Program-made: the position numbers and the translations under genes
Notes under the pieces: generated by a model
What the model was told of the DNA's origin: nothing
Seen by the model: the letters and a program-made list of their open reading frames with translations, nothing else
The model's database searches: none
Source: an uncultured Myxococcales bacterium
GTDB taxonomy: Bacteria > Myxococcota_A > Polyangia > Fen-1088
Length of the DNA: 64,000 nucleotides
NCBI GenBank assembly: GCA_964443975.1
Contig: CAYUFS010000015.1
Coordinates: 11,711-75,710 of the forward strand
Reading direction: 5' to 3'
Shown here: positions 1 to 10,063 of the stretch, in pieces
How the letters are laid out: each line of letters begins with the position of its first letter
Position numbering within the stretch: position 1 is the stretch's first letter

Positions 1-92
1 GGCGCTCGATGGTGGATTCGAGCGCAGGCCTCTACCAAGCTCGGCCGAAATCGCGAGCCGCTGTAGCGTCGAATTTTACGGGGCTCCGCCAC

Positions 93-1637
93 TTACATGG
101 AGGCTGCCGCGTTCACGAGAGGCCCGTGACTGGGCCCGAGCACGGCCTTCAAGGCCTTCTCGTAGTCGAAGGCCCCGATGTTCTGATCGGGCGTGTGGCA
201 GCCGTAGCAGACCTCGGCGCCGACTCTGCGCGAGGTTCCAATCTTCTTGTCGATGGATCGGACGTGATAGGCGCTCGGTCCGTGGCACGCCTCGCAGCCC
301 ACGTTCAAGAAATAACCCGTCAGCGTCTCCTGGCTGCGCGTCCCTCCAGGCTGCAGGTAAGCCACGGTGTGGCAACCGAGACATTCCGGATCGTGGGAAT
401 GCTTTGCATGTTCGAGCGTGGCGAACGCATGCGCGTGGTCGGTGCTGGACCACTGCTGCGTCTCCTTGAGGTGACAGGCCGCGCAGGCCCCGGCGCTCGC
501 GTAGGTCCAGCTCTCATAGACCGGATGCGGGGGCTTTCCCTTGCTCTTCTTCAGCAGGGCCGCCGCCTTGCGCTCGGACTCGGCCCGAAGGCGCTCGATC
601 GTCGCTTGCTCGGCCAGCCTGACGCCCATCTGCTCGGGGAGCTCTTTCCCGAGCGGCAAGCCTTCATCGTCGATCGCCGGATCGGCGCCGGGATGGACGC
701 CACTGACGGCGAGACGGCCGAGCTCGGTCCCGAACGAGGCGGCCGACACGACCAGGGTTCGCCCGACGCGCGTCGAGAGGTGTGGCTCGGCAGCCTCCGG
801 CCCGCGCCCGAGAATGACCACGTCGATGCTGTTCGCCTGGGCGAGGATCTCCTGCACGCGCGGTAGCCCGCCAGCGATTTGAAACAGACCGACGATCAGC
901 GTGGCGCCGCTGGCATGAAGCGCCTCCGTGGACTTCCGCGCCGCTTCAGTCGCGTCCTCCAGCTTGAAGCCGTGACGCCGTACCTCGTCGGCGCGTTCCG
1001 CGGGCAGGTCAACGATTCCGAAGACGCCCACCGAGACATCGCCCACCTTGACGATCTCCGTCGGGGAAAATGGGTGTCGCTTGGTCCGCGCATCCACCAC
1101 GTTCGCGGCAACCGCCTTCAGCTCCGCGGCATCGAGCGCGGCAGACAGGCGCGCGGGACCGAGGGCGAGCTCGCTCTCGCCGAGATTGACGACGTCGACG
1201 CCCATGCGGCGGTAGCTGGTGAGCACGACGTGCGTGCGGTCGTCGGGACCGTAGGTGGTGCCAGCCGCTTGCTCGTCGGTCGCGCGGGCCAGCAGGTCAC
1301 CCGCGTCAAGCTGAATGAACGGCCCGCCCTCCATTCGGGCGCGGTCGACGACGCTTCCCCGCCGAGCCAGACCCCCGAATCCGCTCTTCGCGTCGGGCGC
1401 CACGTGGCCCCGCACGTCGTTGCTGTAGAGGATCGTCACGATGGGACGCGCCGGTGGCGGCGGTGCGGCCGCCTCGGGAACGGGAACGGGGGCGGGCGCC
1501 GAGGCAGCGGGAGGGGTTGCTGGCTCTCGACCCCGGCAGGCCAGCACCGCGGCCGGTGCCGCCAGCAGCATGGCGAGCCAAACCCCGCGGGGACTGAATG
1601 AAGCGGCCGACCCCGAGAGGCCTTTCGCGGTTGTCAT
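93..1637 (-). CDS. Lipoprotein: N-terminal 5'-nucleotidase/metallophosphoesterase-like domain fused to C-terminal tetraheme cytochrome c
   Basis: 515-aa ORF on the minus strand. The first ATG is the second codon of the track ORF, which opens with TTG. A signal peptide ends in LAC. Metallophosphatase-like motifs are present (YSNDVRGH, GDLL) but the GNHE motif is degenerate (NLGESE). The C-terminus carries four CxxCH heme sites (CAACH, CLGCH, CEACH, CYGCH). Confidence 0.75.
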   Translation of the reverse strand: MTTAKGLSGSAASFSPRGVWLAMLLAAPAAVLACRGREPATPPAASAPAPVPVPEAAAPPPPARPIVTILYSNDVRGHVAPDAKSGFGGLARRGSVVDRARMEGGPFIQLDAGDLLARATDEQAAGTTYGPDDRTHVVLTSYRRMGVDVVNLGESELALGPARLSAALDAAELKAVAANVVDARTKRHPFSPTEIVKVGDVSVGVFGIVDLPAERADEVRRHGFKLEDATEAARKSTEALHASGATLIVGLFQIAGGLPRVQEILAQANSIDVVILGRGPEAAEPHLSTRVGRTLVVSAASFGTELGRLAVSGVHPGADPAIDDEGLPLGKELPEQMGVRLAEQATIERLRAESERKAAALLKKSKGKPPHPVYESWTYASAGACAACHLKETQQWSSTDHAHAFATLEHAKHSHDPECLGCHTVAYLQPGGTRSQETLTGYFLNVGCEACHGPSAYHVRSIDKKIGTSRRVGAEVCYGCHTPDQNIGAFDYEKALKAVLGPSHGPLVNAAASM

Positions 1638-1640
1638 CAA

Positions 1641-1954
1641 AACATCCCCATGTAGGCCCGGGTAGGGTACAACGGTCGCCCGTTGCGTGAGCGCCTATTC
1701 GCCCGCAGACTTCGTTAGCAAGATAGGCGTGTTTGGCGACTAAGATGTAGTCGCTCGAACTAAATTAGTCGACCTGAAAATCCGATCAGATCGCGAGAAG
1801 GTGTCGACTCGAAGGCACCCTAGGCAGGCTCGGAGACTCCGGATACGCGCAGAACCCGAATGGACCTTTTTCGGGGGGCAGTGGAACTATAGGTGTGCAA
1901 GGGCTCATAAGGCCCCGGCTCACGTCGATTCACCGGTCGAGGGAGGCAGCGCCC
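1641..1954. promoter_or_regulatory. Divergent AT-richer intergenic/promoter region with three TAGTCG(C/A)C motifs and short GACTA-N5-TAGTC palindromes
   Basis: A 314-bp non-coding gap lies between divergently transcribed genes. Local GC is clearly below the 70% background. Repeated TAGTCG motifs lie near 1735-1780. GGGAGG sits 8 nt before the ATG at 1955. Confidence 0.35.
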
Positions 1955-3862
1955 ATGATGCCAAGAAGAGGATTGAGTGTTTCCCTGGTAGGCCTCGTCA
2001 CGGGCGTGCTCGCGGCCGGCTGTACGGGGCAGATCGGATCCACGGGTGACCCAGGAAACGGCGCGACCGGGAGCACGGGCTCGGGCGCTGGTTCCGTGCA
2101 CCCGACTGGAGGTAGCGGTAGCGCGACGGGCAGCAGCAGCGGCGGGAAGGGTACGACCGGCAGCGGTAGCGGCGGAAACGGTCAGGTCGGCACCGGCAGC
2201 GGCGGGAACGGAACGACGGGAACTGCCAGTGGCGGGACAACGGGCTCGGGGAGCGGAGGCACGGGCGGCGTCATCGCCACCGGGCCGCGGGATCCCGGCC
2301 GCGTGACCATCCGCCGTCTGAACCGGGTCGAGTACAACAACACCGTGCGGGATCTGCTGGGGACGGCGCAGGCGCCCGCGACGATGTTCCCCGACGACGC
2401 GCCCGACCTCGTCTTCGACAACAACGGCGACCTCCAGACCGTGTCCCCGGTGCAGTTCAGCCTCTATCAGTCCGCGGCCGAGGCGCTCGCGGCCGAGGTC
2501 ATGACGGTCGGCTCGAAGCAGCGCGCGCAGATCGTCACCTGCGACCTCACGACGGGCGCGGCCTGCGCTCGCACGCTGATCACCAACCTCGGCCTCAAGG
2601 CCTTCCGGCGACCGCTCGCCACCACCGAGGTCGACACCTTCGTCGCTTTGATGGCGACGGCGGCCTCCGCCGGCGCCACCGCCGACGAGCAGTTCCGTAC
2701 GGTGCTCGAGGCCATGTTGGTCTCGCCGAATTTCCTCTTCCACGTCGAGCTGGATCCCACGCCCACCTCGCTGACGCCTCATCTCTTGAGCCCCTACGAG
2801 ATGGCCTCCCGCCTGTCGTACATGATCTACCGCAGCATGCCGGACCAGACGTTGTTCGACGCCGCGGCGGCTGGCTCCCTGGCGCAGCCCTCCGACGTCC
2901 AGGCCCAGCTTCAGCGTATGTTGGTCGACGCGAAGTCGGCATTCGCCAAGTCGTTCACCGACATGTGGCTCGGCCTCAGCGTCGTCGGCACCGAGACCTT
3001 CGACGCCACTTTGTTCCCGAGCTACAGCACCGCGCTCGGAACCTCGATGGGCCTCGAGGTCATGAACTTCTTCAACGAGTTCGTGCAAAAGAACAACCCG
3101 ATCTCGGAGTTGATGACCGCGAACTACTCGTACATCGACAATAACCTGGCCAAGCTCTACGGCGTCGCGAATGTCACCGGGACTGGCGTGGTCCGCACGA
3201 CCCTCAACAACCCCCAGCGCTCGGGCTTGCTGACGATGGCCGGGGTGCTGGCCGTGACCTCGTACCCCACGCGGACCTCTGTGGTGAAGCGCGGCGCGTA
3301 CGTGCTGAGTCAGCTGCTGTGCGCCCCGGTCCCCGCGCCCCCGGCCAATGTCCCGCCATTCCCGGAGGGGGCGATCACGGCGACCACCCAGAAGGAAATT
3401 CTGGCCCAGCACCGGACGATCCCCGCGTGCGCCACCTGCCACGACAGCATGGACAACATCGGCATCGCGATGGAGAACTACGACGCCATCGGCGCCTACC
3501 GGACCACGGAGGACGGGATGCCGGTCGACTCCTCCGGCATGTTCGCCGGCGCCATCGCGAGTCCCTCCGACCCGACCGGGGCGTCGAGCCCGAAGTTCAC
3601 CGGCGCCGTCCAGCTCGGGGCCGCGGTCGCCAACGACCCGCGGTTCCTGTCCTGCGTGGCGCAGAACGTGATGTCCTACGCGCTCGGCCGTACGCTGTCG
3701 CTCACGGGCGCGGCCACCGACCAGCCCTATCTCGCCGACATCATCGCGCCGCCGCAGACGGGCAGCGCGGGGGTCCGCGATGTCTTGATGAATGTCGTCG
3801 CCAGCGAAACGTTCCGCATGCGGCGCGGGGATCCGACTACTTCGACCGGAGGAACGCCATGA
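1955..3862 (+). CDS. DUF1592/DUF1588/DUF1585-type (Planctomycete-specific PSD/PSCyt domain) lipoprotein, pair 1
   Basis: Start MMPRRGLSVSLVGLVTGVLAAGC (lipobox) follows a GGGAGG RBS. A GSG-rich linker precedes conserved blocks RRLNRVEYNNTVRDLLG and a C-terminal CATCHDSMDNIG...YDAIGAYRT block. Stop overlaps the next start as ATGA. Confidence 0.85.
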   Translation: MMPRRGLSVSLVGLVTGVLAAGCTGQIGSTGDPGNGATGSTGSGAGSVHPTGGSGSATGSSSGGKGTTGSGSGGNGQVGTGSGGNGTTGTASGGTTGSGSGGTGGVIATGPRDPGRVTIRRLNRVEYNNTVRDLLGTAQAPATMFPDDAPDLVFDNNGDLQTVSPVQFSLYQSAAEALAAEVMTVGSKQRAQIVTCDLTTGAACARTLITNLGLKAFRRPLATTEVDTFVALMATAASAGATADEQFRTVLEAMLVSPNFLFHVELDPTPTSLTPHLLSPYEMASRLSYMIYRSMPDQTLFDAAAAGSLAQPSDVQAQLQRMLVDAKSAFAKSFTDMWLGLSVVGTETFDATLFPSYSTALGTSMGLEVMNFFNEFVQKNNPISELMTANYSYIDNNLAKLYGVANVTGTGVVRTTLNNPQRSGLLTMAGVLAVTSYPTRTSVVKRGAYVLSQLLCAPVPAPPANVPPFPEGAITATTQKEILAQHRTIPACATCHDSMDNIGIAMENYDAIGAYRTTEDGMPVDSSGMFAGAIASPSDPTGASSPKFTGAVQLGAAVANDPRFLSCVAQNVMSYALGRTLSLTGAATDQPYLADIIAPPQTGSAGVRDVLMNVVASETFRMRRGDPTTSTGGTP

Positions 3863-5340
3863 GCATCGCTCGTATTTTCGACAAGAACGTTGGCTTCGAC
3901 CCCAAGGCGCTGGCCGCCGAGCGCCGGAATCCCACTCGGCCACTCGTGACCCGCCGCGCGATTCTGCGCGGGGCCGCTGCCTGTGTGGCGCTGCCGGCGC
4001 TCGAGTCGCTGCTGACACCGTCGGAGGCACGCGCCCAGGCTGCGGCGACCCCGATGCGGTTCATGGCGTGGCACATCCCCGTCGGGGTCTGGGGTCCCAG
4101 CTGGTTCCCGACCGATACCGGGACGAACTACACGCTGACGCCGACGCTGATGTCACTCGCGCCGGTGAAGAGCAAGGTGATGGTGTTCGCCGGAATCCAG
4201 AACACGCCGGCCGTGAACTCACAGGGCTCGCATGGGTGCGGCCCTCCGGGAATGACCACGTGCATGCAGGGGCAGAAGCCCAACATCACGGTCGGTATCT
4301 CGGTGGATCAGGTGTATGCGCAGGCGCTCGGCAAGGCGACCCGCATCCCGTCGATACAGATCAGCGGGACGGACTCGACGTTCTCCGACGTCTCGTACCC
4401 GGCCGTCTACAACGGCACCACCGCCTGGGCCAGCGCCACGCAGCCGCTGCCGCCCCTCGCGAACGCCGGCCAGGTGTTCGACCTCATCTTCACGGGCGCG
4501 GCGGCGACGTCGACCGATCCCGCCGCGGTTGCGGCGCTCGCGAAGCGCAAGGCGTTGCGCAAGAGCGTGCTCGACGAGGTGATCGGCGAGGAGACGTCGT
4601 TGGTCGCCAAGCTGGGGACGATCGATCGGCGCAAGGTGGATGAGTACCTCACCGGCGTTCGGGCGGCCGAGACGACGGTGCAGGCGATGTCCACCACGCC
4701 GAGCGGGATGGCGTGCAGCGCCGGGTCGATGACGCGGCCGACGCTGACCACCGGCACGCTGACGAATGGCAACGGCAAGCCCATCGCCGATCCGCCGACC
4801 TACACGGCCCTGATCTCCAGCCTGATGGCGCTGGCGTTCCAGTGCGACGCGACCCGCGTCATCAACTACCAGCAGATGAACGGTGGGCACTCGTCGTATT
4901 CGAAGTTCCCGTGGCTGAACATCAACCAGGATCACCACGGCCTCTCCCACCACAACGGCGACGTCTCCAAGGGGTTGCTGCTGGCGCAAATCGAGGCGTG
5001 GGAGATCTCCATGTTCTCCGCCTTCCTGCAGAAGCTGGACGCCGTCACGGAAGCCAACGGAAAGACCATCCTCGACAACAGCCTCATCTTCCTGTCGAGC
5101 GAGCTCGCCGACGGCAACGCGCACAATCAGGGGACCACGGCATACGCTGGGTTCTCCGGACCCACGGGGAAGCCGATCTTGCTGGCTGGCAGCGCAGGTG
5201 GGAAAATCACCACCGGTCGGCACGTCAAGTACAACAATTCGGCCCAGGCGGATCTGTTCATCGCCCTGCTGAACACCCTGGGCGTTCCAGCCACGACCTT
5301 CGGCGCAGCGGGCACGGCTCCGCTGACCGGTCTGACCTAA
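3859..5340 (+). CDS. DUF1552 (HXXSHH) family protein with Tat signal, pair 1
   Basis: Tat motif RRAILRGAAACVALPA. Canonical motif DHHGLSHHNGD. The ATG overlaps the upstream stop (ATGA). The track ORF 3319..5340 is a 5' over-extension. Confidence 0.85.
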   Translation: MSIARIFDKNVGFDPKALAAERRNPTRPLVTRRAILRGAAACVALPALESLLTPSEARAQAAATPMRFMAWHIPVGVWGPSWFPTDTGTNYTLTPTLMSLAPVKSKVMVFAGIQNTPAVNSQGSHGCGPPGMTTCMQGQKPNITVGISVDQVYAQALGKATRIPSIQISGTDSTFSDVSYPAVYNGTTAWASATQPLPPLANAGQVFDLIFTGAAATSTDPAAVAALAKRKALRKSVLDEVIGEETSLVAKLGTIDRRKVDEYLTGVRAAETTVQAMSTTPSGMACSAGSMTRPTLTTGTLTNGNGKPIADPPTYTALISSLMALAFQCDATRVINYQQMNGGHSSYSKFPWLNINQDHHGLSHHNGDVSKGLLLAQIEAWEISMFSAFLQKLDAVTEANGKTILDNSLIFLSSELADGNAHNQGTTAYAGFSGPTGKPILLAGSAGGKITTGRHVKYNNSAQADLFIALLNTLGVPATTFGAAGTAPLTGLT

Positions 5341-5380
5341 GCAGGTACCTGAATTTTGCCTCGGGCTGCTTGCAGCCCTG

Positions 5381-6751
5381 TTGGAACTACGATTGGGAGG
5401 TGCCCCGTTGCCAGCCCTTTGGGCCCGACTGCTCTTTGTTGGGGGTTTGGTTCTTTGCGGGTGCTCGACGGCGACGAATCCCGCTCCTGGAACGAGCGGT
5501 TCCGGGGGGATGGGGACCGGGGGAGTTTACTCGGGTAGTGGCGGAGCGAAGGCCGGGGGAACGGGTGGAGCGGTGGTGCTTGGGACGGGCGGGGCTCCGA
5601 TTTCGTCGACTGGCGGGGCGAGCGCAACGGGCGGCACAGGAGGAGCCGGAGGGACCGCCTCGACTGGGGGGACCTCCGCGAGCTCGGGTGGCGACACCGG
5701 CGTGGGGGGGCCGGGGAACGGCGGAAAAGCGGCCGCGGCCGGCTCCGACGGGGCGGGCGGCAGCGTCGCCACGGCCGGTAGCACGGGCACTGATCCAGGG
5801 ACCGCGGGCGACGGCGACTCGATGGTCGGGCCAAACTACCCCAAGAGCGCCGACTTGATGTCGAAGGGACTGCCCGCCGGCAAGACCTTCACGTTCACGA
5901 TGAGCTCCGCCACCAGCAAGTACTTCACCGGCATGGATCCGACGTTGACCGCGAAAGGCACCTTCAACCGCACGGTCACCGTCTATGTTCCCGCAAAGTA
6001 CAAGGACGGGGCGCCCGCGCCCTTCATGGTGATCCAGGACGGTCCCGGGCAGCTCGGAAACGTCAAGCTGGCCCTCGATAACCTGACCCAGGGGACCGAC
6101 CCCGCCCGACGTCTGCCCGCGTTCGTGGCGATCGCGGTGCAAAACGGCGGCGGCGACGGCAAGGGCAGCGAGCGAGGGTTGGAGTACGACACCGTCTCGG
6201 AGAAGTACGCCCTCTTCGTCCAGAATGAGGTCCTCCCGTTGGTGGAGTCGAACGCCGCGCTCAAGGCCGCCTATCCGAACTTTTCACTGACCACCGATCC
6301 CGACGGTCGCGGGACGGTCGGGTGCAGCTCGGGCAGCTCGGCCGCCTTCACGATGGGCTGGTTTCATCCGGAGCTGTTTCGCCGGATCGTGACGTACTCG
6401 GGGACCTTCGTGGCGCAGCAGAACGACTCCGCGCCCGAGCAGGCGATGTACCCGCTCGGCGCGTGGGACTATCACTCGGTCCTGAATCTCGTCGGGACGA
6501 CGACCCCCGCGAAGCCGCTGCGGGTCTTCATCAACGCGAATCAAAACGACAACGGCGCGGGGACGGGCGACGCCAATCATCACGACTGGTTGCTCGCCAA
6601 TCAGAGGATGGCCGCCGCTTTCAAGGCCCAGAACTACCACTATCGGTTCGTCGAAGGGCTGGGCGCCGGCCACTGCGCTGGGCAAGTTCAGGACACCACC
6701 TTGCCGGACACGTTGCTGTGGGTCTGGCAGGGATATCCGCTGAACTACTAG
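5381..6751 (+). CDS. Secreted esterase, alpha/beta-hydrolase (enterochelin-esterase/CE1-like) with Gly/Ser-rich linker
   Basis: Signal peptide, then a GGT/GGS linker, then GCSSGSSAAFTMGW (a GxSxG nucleophile elbow). The catalytic domain is about 300 aa, with an HCAG-like C-terminal block. Confidence 0.75.
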   Translation: MELRLGGAPLPALWARLLFVGGLVLCGCSTATNPAPGTSGSGGMGTGGVYSGSGGAKAGGTGGAVVLGTGGAPISSTGGASATGGTGGAGGTASTGGTSASSGGDTGVGGPGNGGKAAAAGSDGAGGSVATAGSTGTDPGTAGDGDSMVGPNYPKSADLMSKGLPAGKTFTFTMSSATSKYFTGMDPTLTAKGTFNRTVTVYVPAKYKDGAPAPFMVIQDGPGQLGNVKLALDNLTQGTDPARRLPAFVAIAVQNGGGDGKGSERGLEYDTVSEKYALFVQNEVLPLVESNAALKAAYPNFSLTTDPDGRGTVGCSSGSSAAFTMGWFHPELFRRIVTYSGTFVAQQNDSAPEQAMYPLGAWDYHSVLNLVGTTTPAKPLRVFINANQNDNGAGTGDANHHDWLLANQRMAAAFKAQNYHYRFVEGLGAGHCAGQVQDTTLPDTLLWVWQGYPLNY

Positions 6752-7064
6752 TAGTCGATACCAGTAGAGAGGTCGCTTCTTTCACTCCTGCGGGTGGACG
6801 GGGACCCATGCCGGCGGGGGCGGTCGCGTTCGGATGGCTCTCGGGCGTCGCCTGGCAACCGGCCGCGGACGGCCGGAGCGGCTCCTTACGCCCCGCCGAC
6901 CTGGTTCCCCGCCCACCCGCCGCGATGGGCCTACGTTCGTTCCCCTCCGACCGCTCCTGACAGAAACGGTCGAAGGCGAGGACCAAATGATCGCGGGGTG
7001 AGGCCGAGTGGAACGGGACGCGGCAAAGCCGCGTCGCCCAGGCGAGTCCGGACCGCCGCAGGCG

Positions 7065-8516
7065 TCAGGGCGCCGCCTTCGCGTTTCCCAGGATGAATAT
7101 GTAGTCCTGGTAGTCCCCGTTTCCGGCCTCCTCGACCGCCAGGAGGAAGCTGTTCGGGACGGCGGTCCCGGTCGCGTCCTTGAGTGGGTAGACCTTCGTG
7201 CGGTGGGTGTTGGCCGGGGAGTTGGGGGCATCCTCGGAATAGTCGTAGTCGCCATTCGTCGCGGTTCCGCCGGTGTCGTACTTCTGGCTCGCCTGATCCG
7301 TATAGGTCCAGATCCCGAAGGTCGTGGTCCCGGGATCGAAGGATTGCATCCCGGTGTTCGGCGGCAGGACCATGCGCGCGGCTTCCGAGTTCTGCATGTT
7401 CCCCGCCAGCGTGTCCATCGTCCCCACCTGGGTGCGCATCGTTGGGCTGCCCTTCGCATACCAACCGTACGGCATGGGACCCTTGGGGGAGAATCGCGCC
7501 ACCGAGGTCAAGGTGACGTTGCCGTTTCCTGCCTTCACGAACAGGGGAGCCGCGATCTCGTCGGTGCCCGCCTCGATCCCCTTCGGCAGCTTGGAGGCGT
7601 CGCTCGGGGAGATTGGGTTGGCGTTGTTTTGCGCCGCGCCGACGTTCAACTTGTAGCCGAGCGCCACCAGGATCTGCCCCAGCGTGCATTCGTGGGTCGC
7701 CGAGGTCAGGATGATGCTGTAGAGGTTCGCTTGCGCCGAGTCGGCGCCCGCCGTCGCGGTGAGCGTCGCGATCCCGGCTGTGGCGCCGCTATTTTGAGCC
7801 GGAGCCGCCCCCAGCGTGTTCGAGGCCGTAATAGCCTGGATGGTGACGGGGAGCTTCGCGCCCGCCGCGAGCATCATCGGCAACGTTGGTGCGGCGTTGA
7901 TCTGGAAATCCGCCTTGCCCGCTCCTCCGAGCGCCAGCGCCGTGATCATCAGAGGTCCCGCGCTGGTGTTGTGAACCTGAACTATCTCGGTCAGCGCGGG
8001 CGTGTTGGTGTCTCGAACGCCCGTCTGGATCACCCCGTTTGGCCACGTGGTCTCGATCGTCAGGGCGCCCGCCGGAGTGGTTCCGCCCGTCCCGGTAGTC
8101 CCGGTGGACCCGCCGCCGCTGTGGCCACCCGCCGGTGTGCCGCCTGAGCCGACGCTGCCCGCCACGCCAGTATTCCCGGCGCCGCCCGCGCCCCCGGTCG
8201 GGACTCCTCCGGTTCCCGGGGCCGTCCCGCCCGTAGCGGTCTCGCCCCCGGTGCCCGGACTGCTGCTCCCACCGGAGCCGGTCGCGCCGCCGCTCTGGGT
8301 GGCTCCGCCACTGCTCGCTGGGGTTCCGCCCGAGCCGGTAGCGCCGCCCGAGGCTGTCTTGCCTCCCGTGCTGGTTCCACCTCCCGTTCCGGGCCCGGTG
8401 GCTCCGCCCGTGCCGCCGGTCGAGGAGGCGGATGAACACGCCACGAACGAAGCGGCGCCCGTCAGGAGGCAGGAAGCGAGGAACGCGCACTTGGTGAGGG
8501 AGAACCGAACCGGCAT
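7065..8516 (-). CDS. Secreted lipoprotein: long Gly/Thr/Ser-rich linker and ~300-aa C-terminal domain of unknown function
   Basis: The start at the internal Met (MPVRFSLTKCAFLASCLLTGAASFVACSS) gives a lipoprotein signal. The track ORF's 154-aa N-extension is R/P-rich and unlikely to be coding. No recognisable catalytic motif. Confidence 0.55.
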   Translation of the reverse strand: MPVRFSLTKCAFLASCLLTGAASFVACSSASSTGGTGGATGPGTGGGTSTGGKTASGGATGSGGTPASSGGATQSGGATGSGGSSSPGTGGETATGGTAPGTGGVPTGGAGGAGNTGVAGSVGSGGTPAGGHSGGGSTGTTGTGGTTPAGALTIETTWPNGVIQTGVRDTNTPALTEIVQVHNTSAGPLMITALALGGAGKADFQINAAPTLPMMLAAGAKLPVTIQAITASNTLGAAPAQNSGATAGIATLTATAGADSAQANLYSIILTSATHECTLGQILVALGYKLNVGAAQNNANPISPSDASKLPKGIEAGTDEIAAPLFVKAGNGNVTLTSVARFSPKGPMPYGWYAKGSPTMRTQVGTMDTLAGNMQNSEAARMVLPPNTGMQSFDPGTTTFGIWTYTDQASQKYDTGGTATNGDYDYSEDAPNSPANTHRTKVYPLKDATGTAVPNSFLLAVEEAGNGDYQDYIFILGNAKAAP

Positions 8517-8662
8517 GGGGAAACCTCCGTCGGATATAACGTTCGGAATTGGGGACCGGGAAACAGGATATACCGAAGCAGTCCTTTTACTACGCTGGGC
8601 GCGCCCGGTCCTCGAGAAGGTCCTAACGCCCTCGACGCAAGCACCGGTCACGGGGCGGGCCG

Positions 8663-9862
8663 TCATGGTGACCGAGCGCACCGTGCGCCGTAGAATGAAT
8701 TGCGGCTGGCGGGAACGTCGCCGTCGCGCGCCGCGGAGAACAGGTTCCGCGCGTCGGCGGCGAAGGAGCCGCCGCGCACCACGCGGTAGGAGACGTCCGT
8801 CAAGTAGACACAATCCGTGCACGGCTCGACGTAGTTTCCGTACCAATCCAGGTTCCATTCGCCCAGGTTTCCGGCGAGGTCCAGCTGGCCCCATCGTCCC
8901 GCGCCCAGGATGGCCGTCCCGACTGGGGCCAGGTTGACGGTTCCCGCGCAGCCTGACGATCCCGGAGGGTACTGGCACCCCGTGATCGCATAGAGGCTGG
9001 CCGTTCCTGGCGCGACGGAGCCCCAGGGATACTCCCGCTCCTCGTTACCCCCCGCTGCCGCGAGCTCCCACTCCGCCTCGCTGGGCAAGAACCCGCCGTC
9101 CCAGATACAGAACGCATAGGCGTCGTACCAGCTGATGCAGTTGATGGGCAATGATTCGTGCGATGCCGGCACGTCCGTCCAGGTGTGGAAGACTGGCTCG
9201 CAAGCGAGGATGCTCTGCCAGTCGGCAACGGTCGAGCGCAGGTTCAGGGTGTCCCCGACCTGCCAGCCCGGTTCATGAGCGGCGCCGCTCGAATCCACCA
9301 ACCCCTCGCCGCCGTTGAGGTGGGCATGTATGCCGGACCCAGGCGCGGGGACCCATCCGGCGGCGGTCGCCTCAACGAAGCGCCTGAACCGGCCCACCGT
9401 GATCAGGTACTTGTCCAGTCGGTACGGGCTGACGGTCGCGACATCCGCCTCCGCAGTCGGGCCCGTCCCGTCGTTCATGTAGGACCGGTGATAGGTGCCC
9501 CCTGGAACGGACAGGCTCGCACAGCAACTCTCTCCCCCATTCGGTCCGCAGTCGGTCGTCCCAGGGGCGACGACGGCGCAGCTCGGGGGAGGGGGTGCCG
9601 CGGCATCGTCGCACGCGACACCTGGGCAGACCTCGGAGCTATCGCCGGGCACCGGGTCCGTGGCCGCTGCGTCGTGGCCATCTGCACCGCCAACATCGGA
9701 GGCGTCCGGGCGAGAGCCTGACGAGGCCCCGCAGGCGAAGAGCCAGAGGCTCGCCACGACGATCGCCCCCGGCCACCCGAGGTCCAATGCCCGAGGCCCG
9801 AGGCCGCTTGAATCGGTTGGGCGGCGCCAGCAAGATCGCTGTGTCGGTCTATGTGTGATCAC
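8663..9862 (-). CDS. Formylglycine-generating-enzyme (FGE-sulfatase/SUMF1) domain lipoprotein
   Basis: Motifs ISWYDAYAFCIW, GNLGEWNLDWY and RVVRGGSF are typical of the FGE-sulfatase fold. The N-terminus is Cys-rich with an LFAC lipobox. The exact start is uncertain. Confidence 0.75.
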   Translation of the reverse strand: MITHRPTQRSCWRRPTDSSGLGPRALDLGWPGAIVVASLWLFACGASSGSRPDASDVGGADGHDAAATDPVPGDSSEVCPGVACDDAAAPPPPSCAVVAPGTTDCGPNGGESCCASLSVPGGTYHRSYMNDGTGPTAEADVATVSPYRLDKYLITVGRFRRFVEATAAGWVPAPGSGIHAHLNGGEGLVDSSGAAHEPGWQVGDTLNLRSTVADWQSILACEPVFHTWTDVPASHESLPINCISWYDAYAFCIWDGGFLPSEAEWELAAAGGNEEREYPWGSVAPGTASLYAITGCQYPPGSSGCAGTVNLAPVGTAILGAGRWGQLDLAGNLGEWNLDWYGNYVEPCTDCVYLTDVSYRVVRGGSFAADARNLFSAARDGDVPASRNSFYGARCARSP

Positions 9863-10063
9863 CTCCGACAGCCTCCGCAGGCATGTCGTCCCGTCCGGAT
9901 CGACTCGCGCAAACGTTGAAAGGCATCCACTCGGTCTCCTGCGCTATTCATAATGCGGACAGTTGCACAATCAAACGTCTGCGTGCCGGAAATTGTCCCC
10001 TGACGAGGCCGACCGGTGGGTCGGTGCAACCGACCGTTCTCCCCCCTGCTCCCTGAGGTCGAT

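Noticed and set aside
9-866. 285-aa plus-strand ORF at window start
   Set aside because: It is antisense to the nucleotidase/cytochrome fusion gene, which has four CxxCH motifs and a signal peptide.
1641-1894. Possible tRNA or small RNA in the 250-nt gap
   Set aside because: No cloverleaf-compatible stems or T-loop GTTCRANYC motif are seen. Treated as promoter region only.
1820-4030. 736-aa minus-strand ORF and 3319-5340 N-terminal extension
   Set aside because: It is antisense to, or out of frame with, the DUF1592/DUF1552 pair 1. The DUF1552 start is fixed by the Tat signal and the ATGA overlap at 3859.
8002-8937. 311-aa Pro-rich plus-strand ORF (likewise 22109-22666, 31464-31916, 5527-5790, 15471-16199)
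   Set aside because: These are mirror images of (GGN)n Gly-rich linkers in lipoprotein genes on the other strand. Pure PxxP low complexity.
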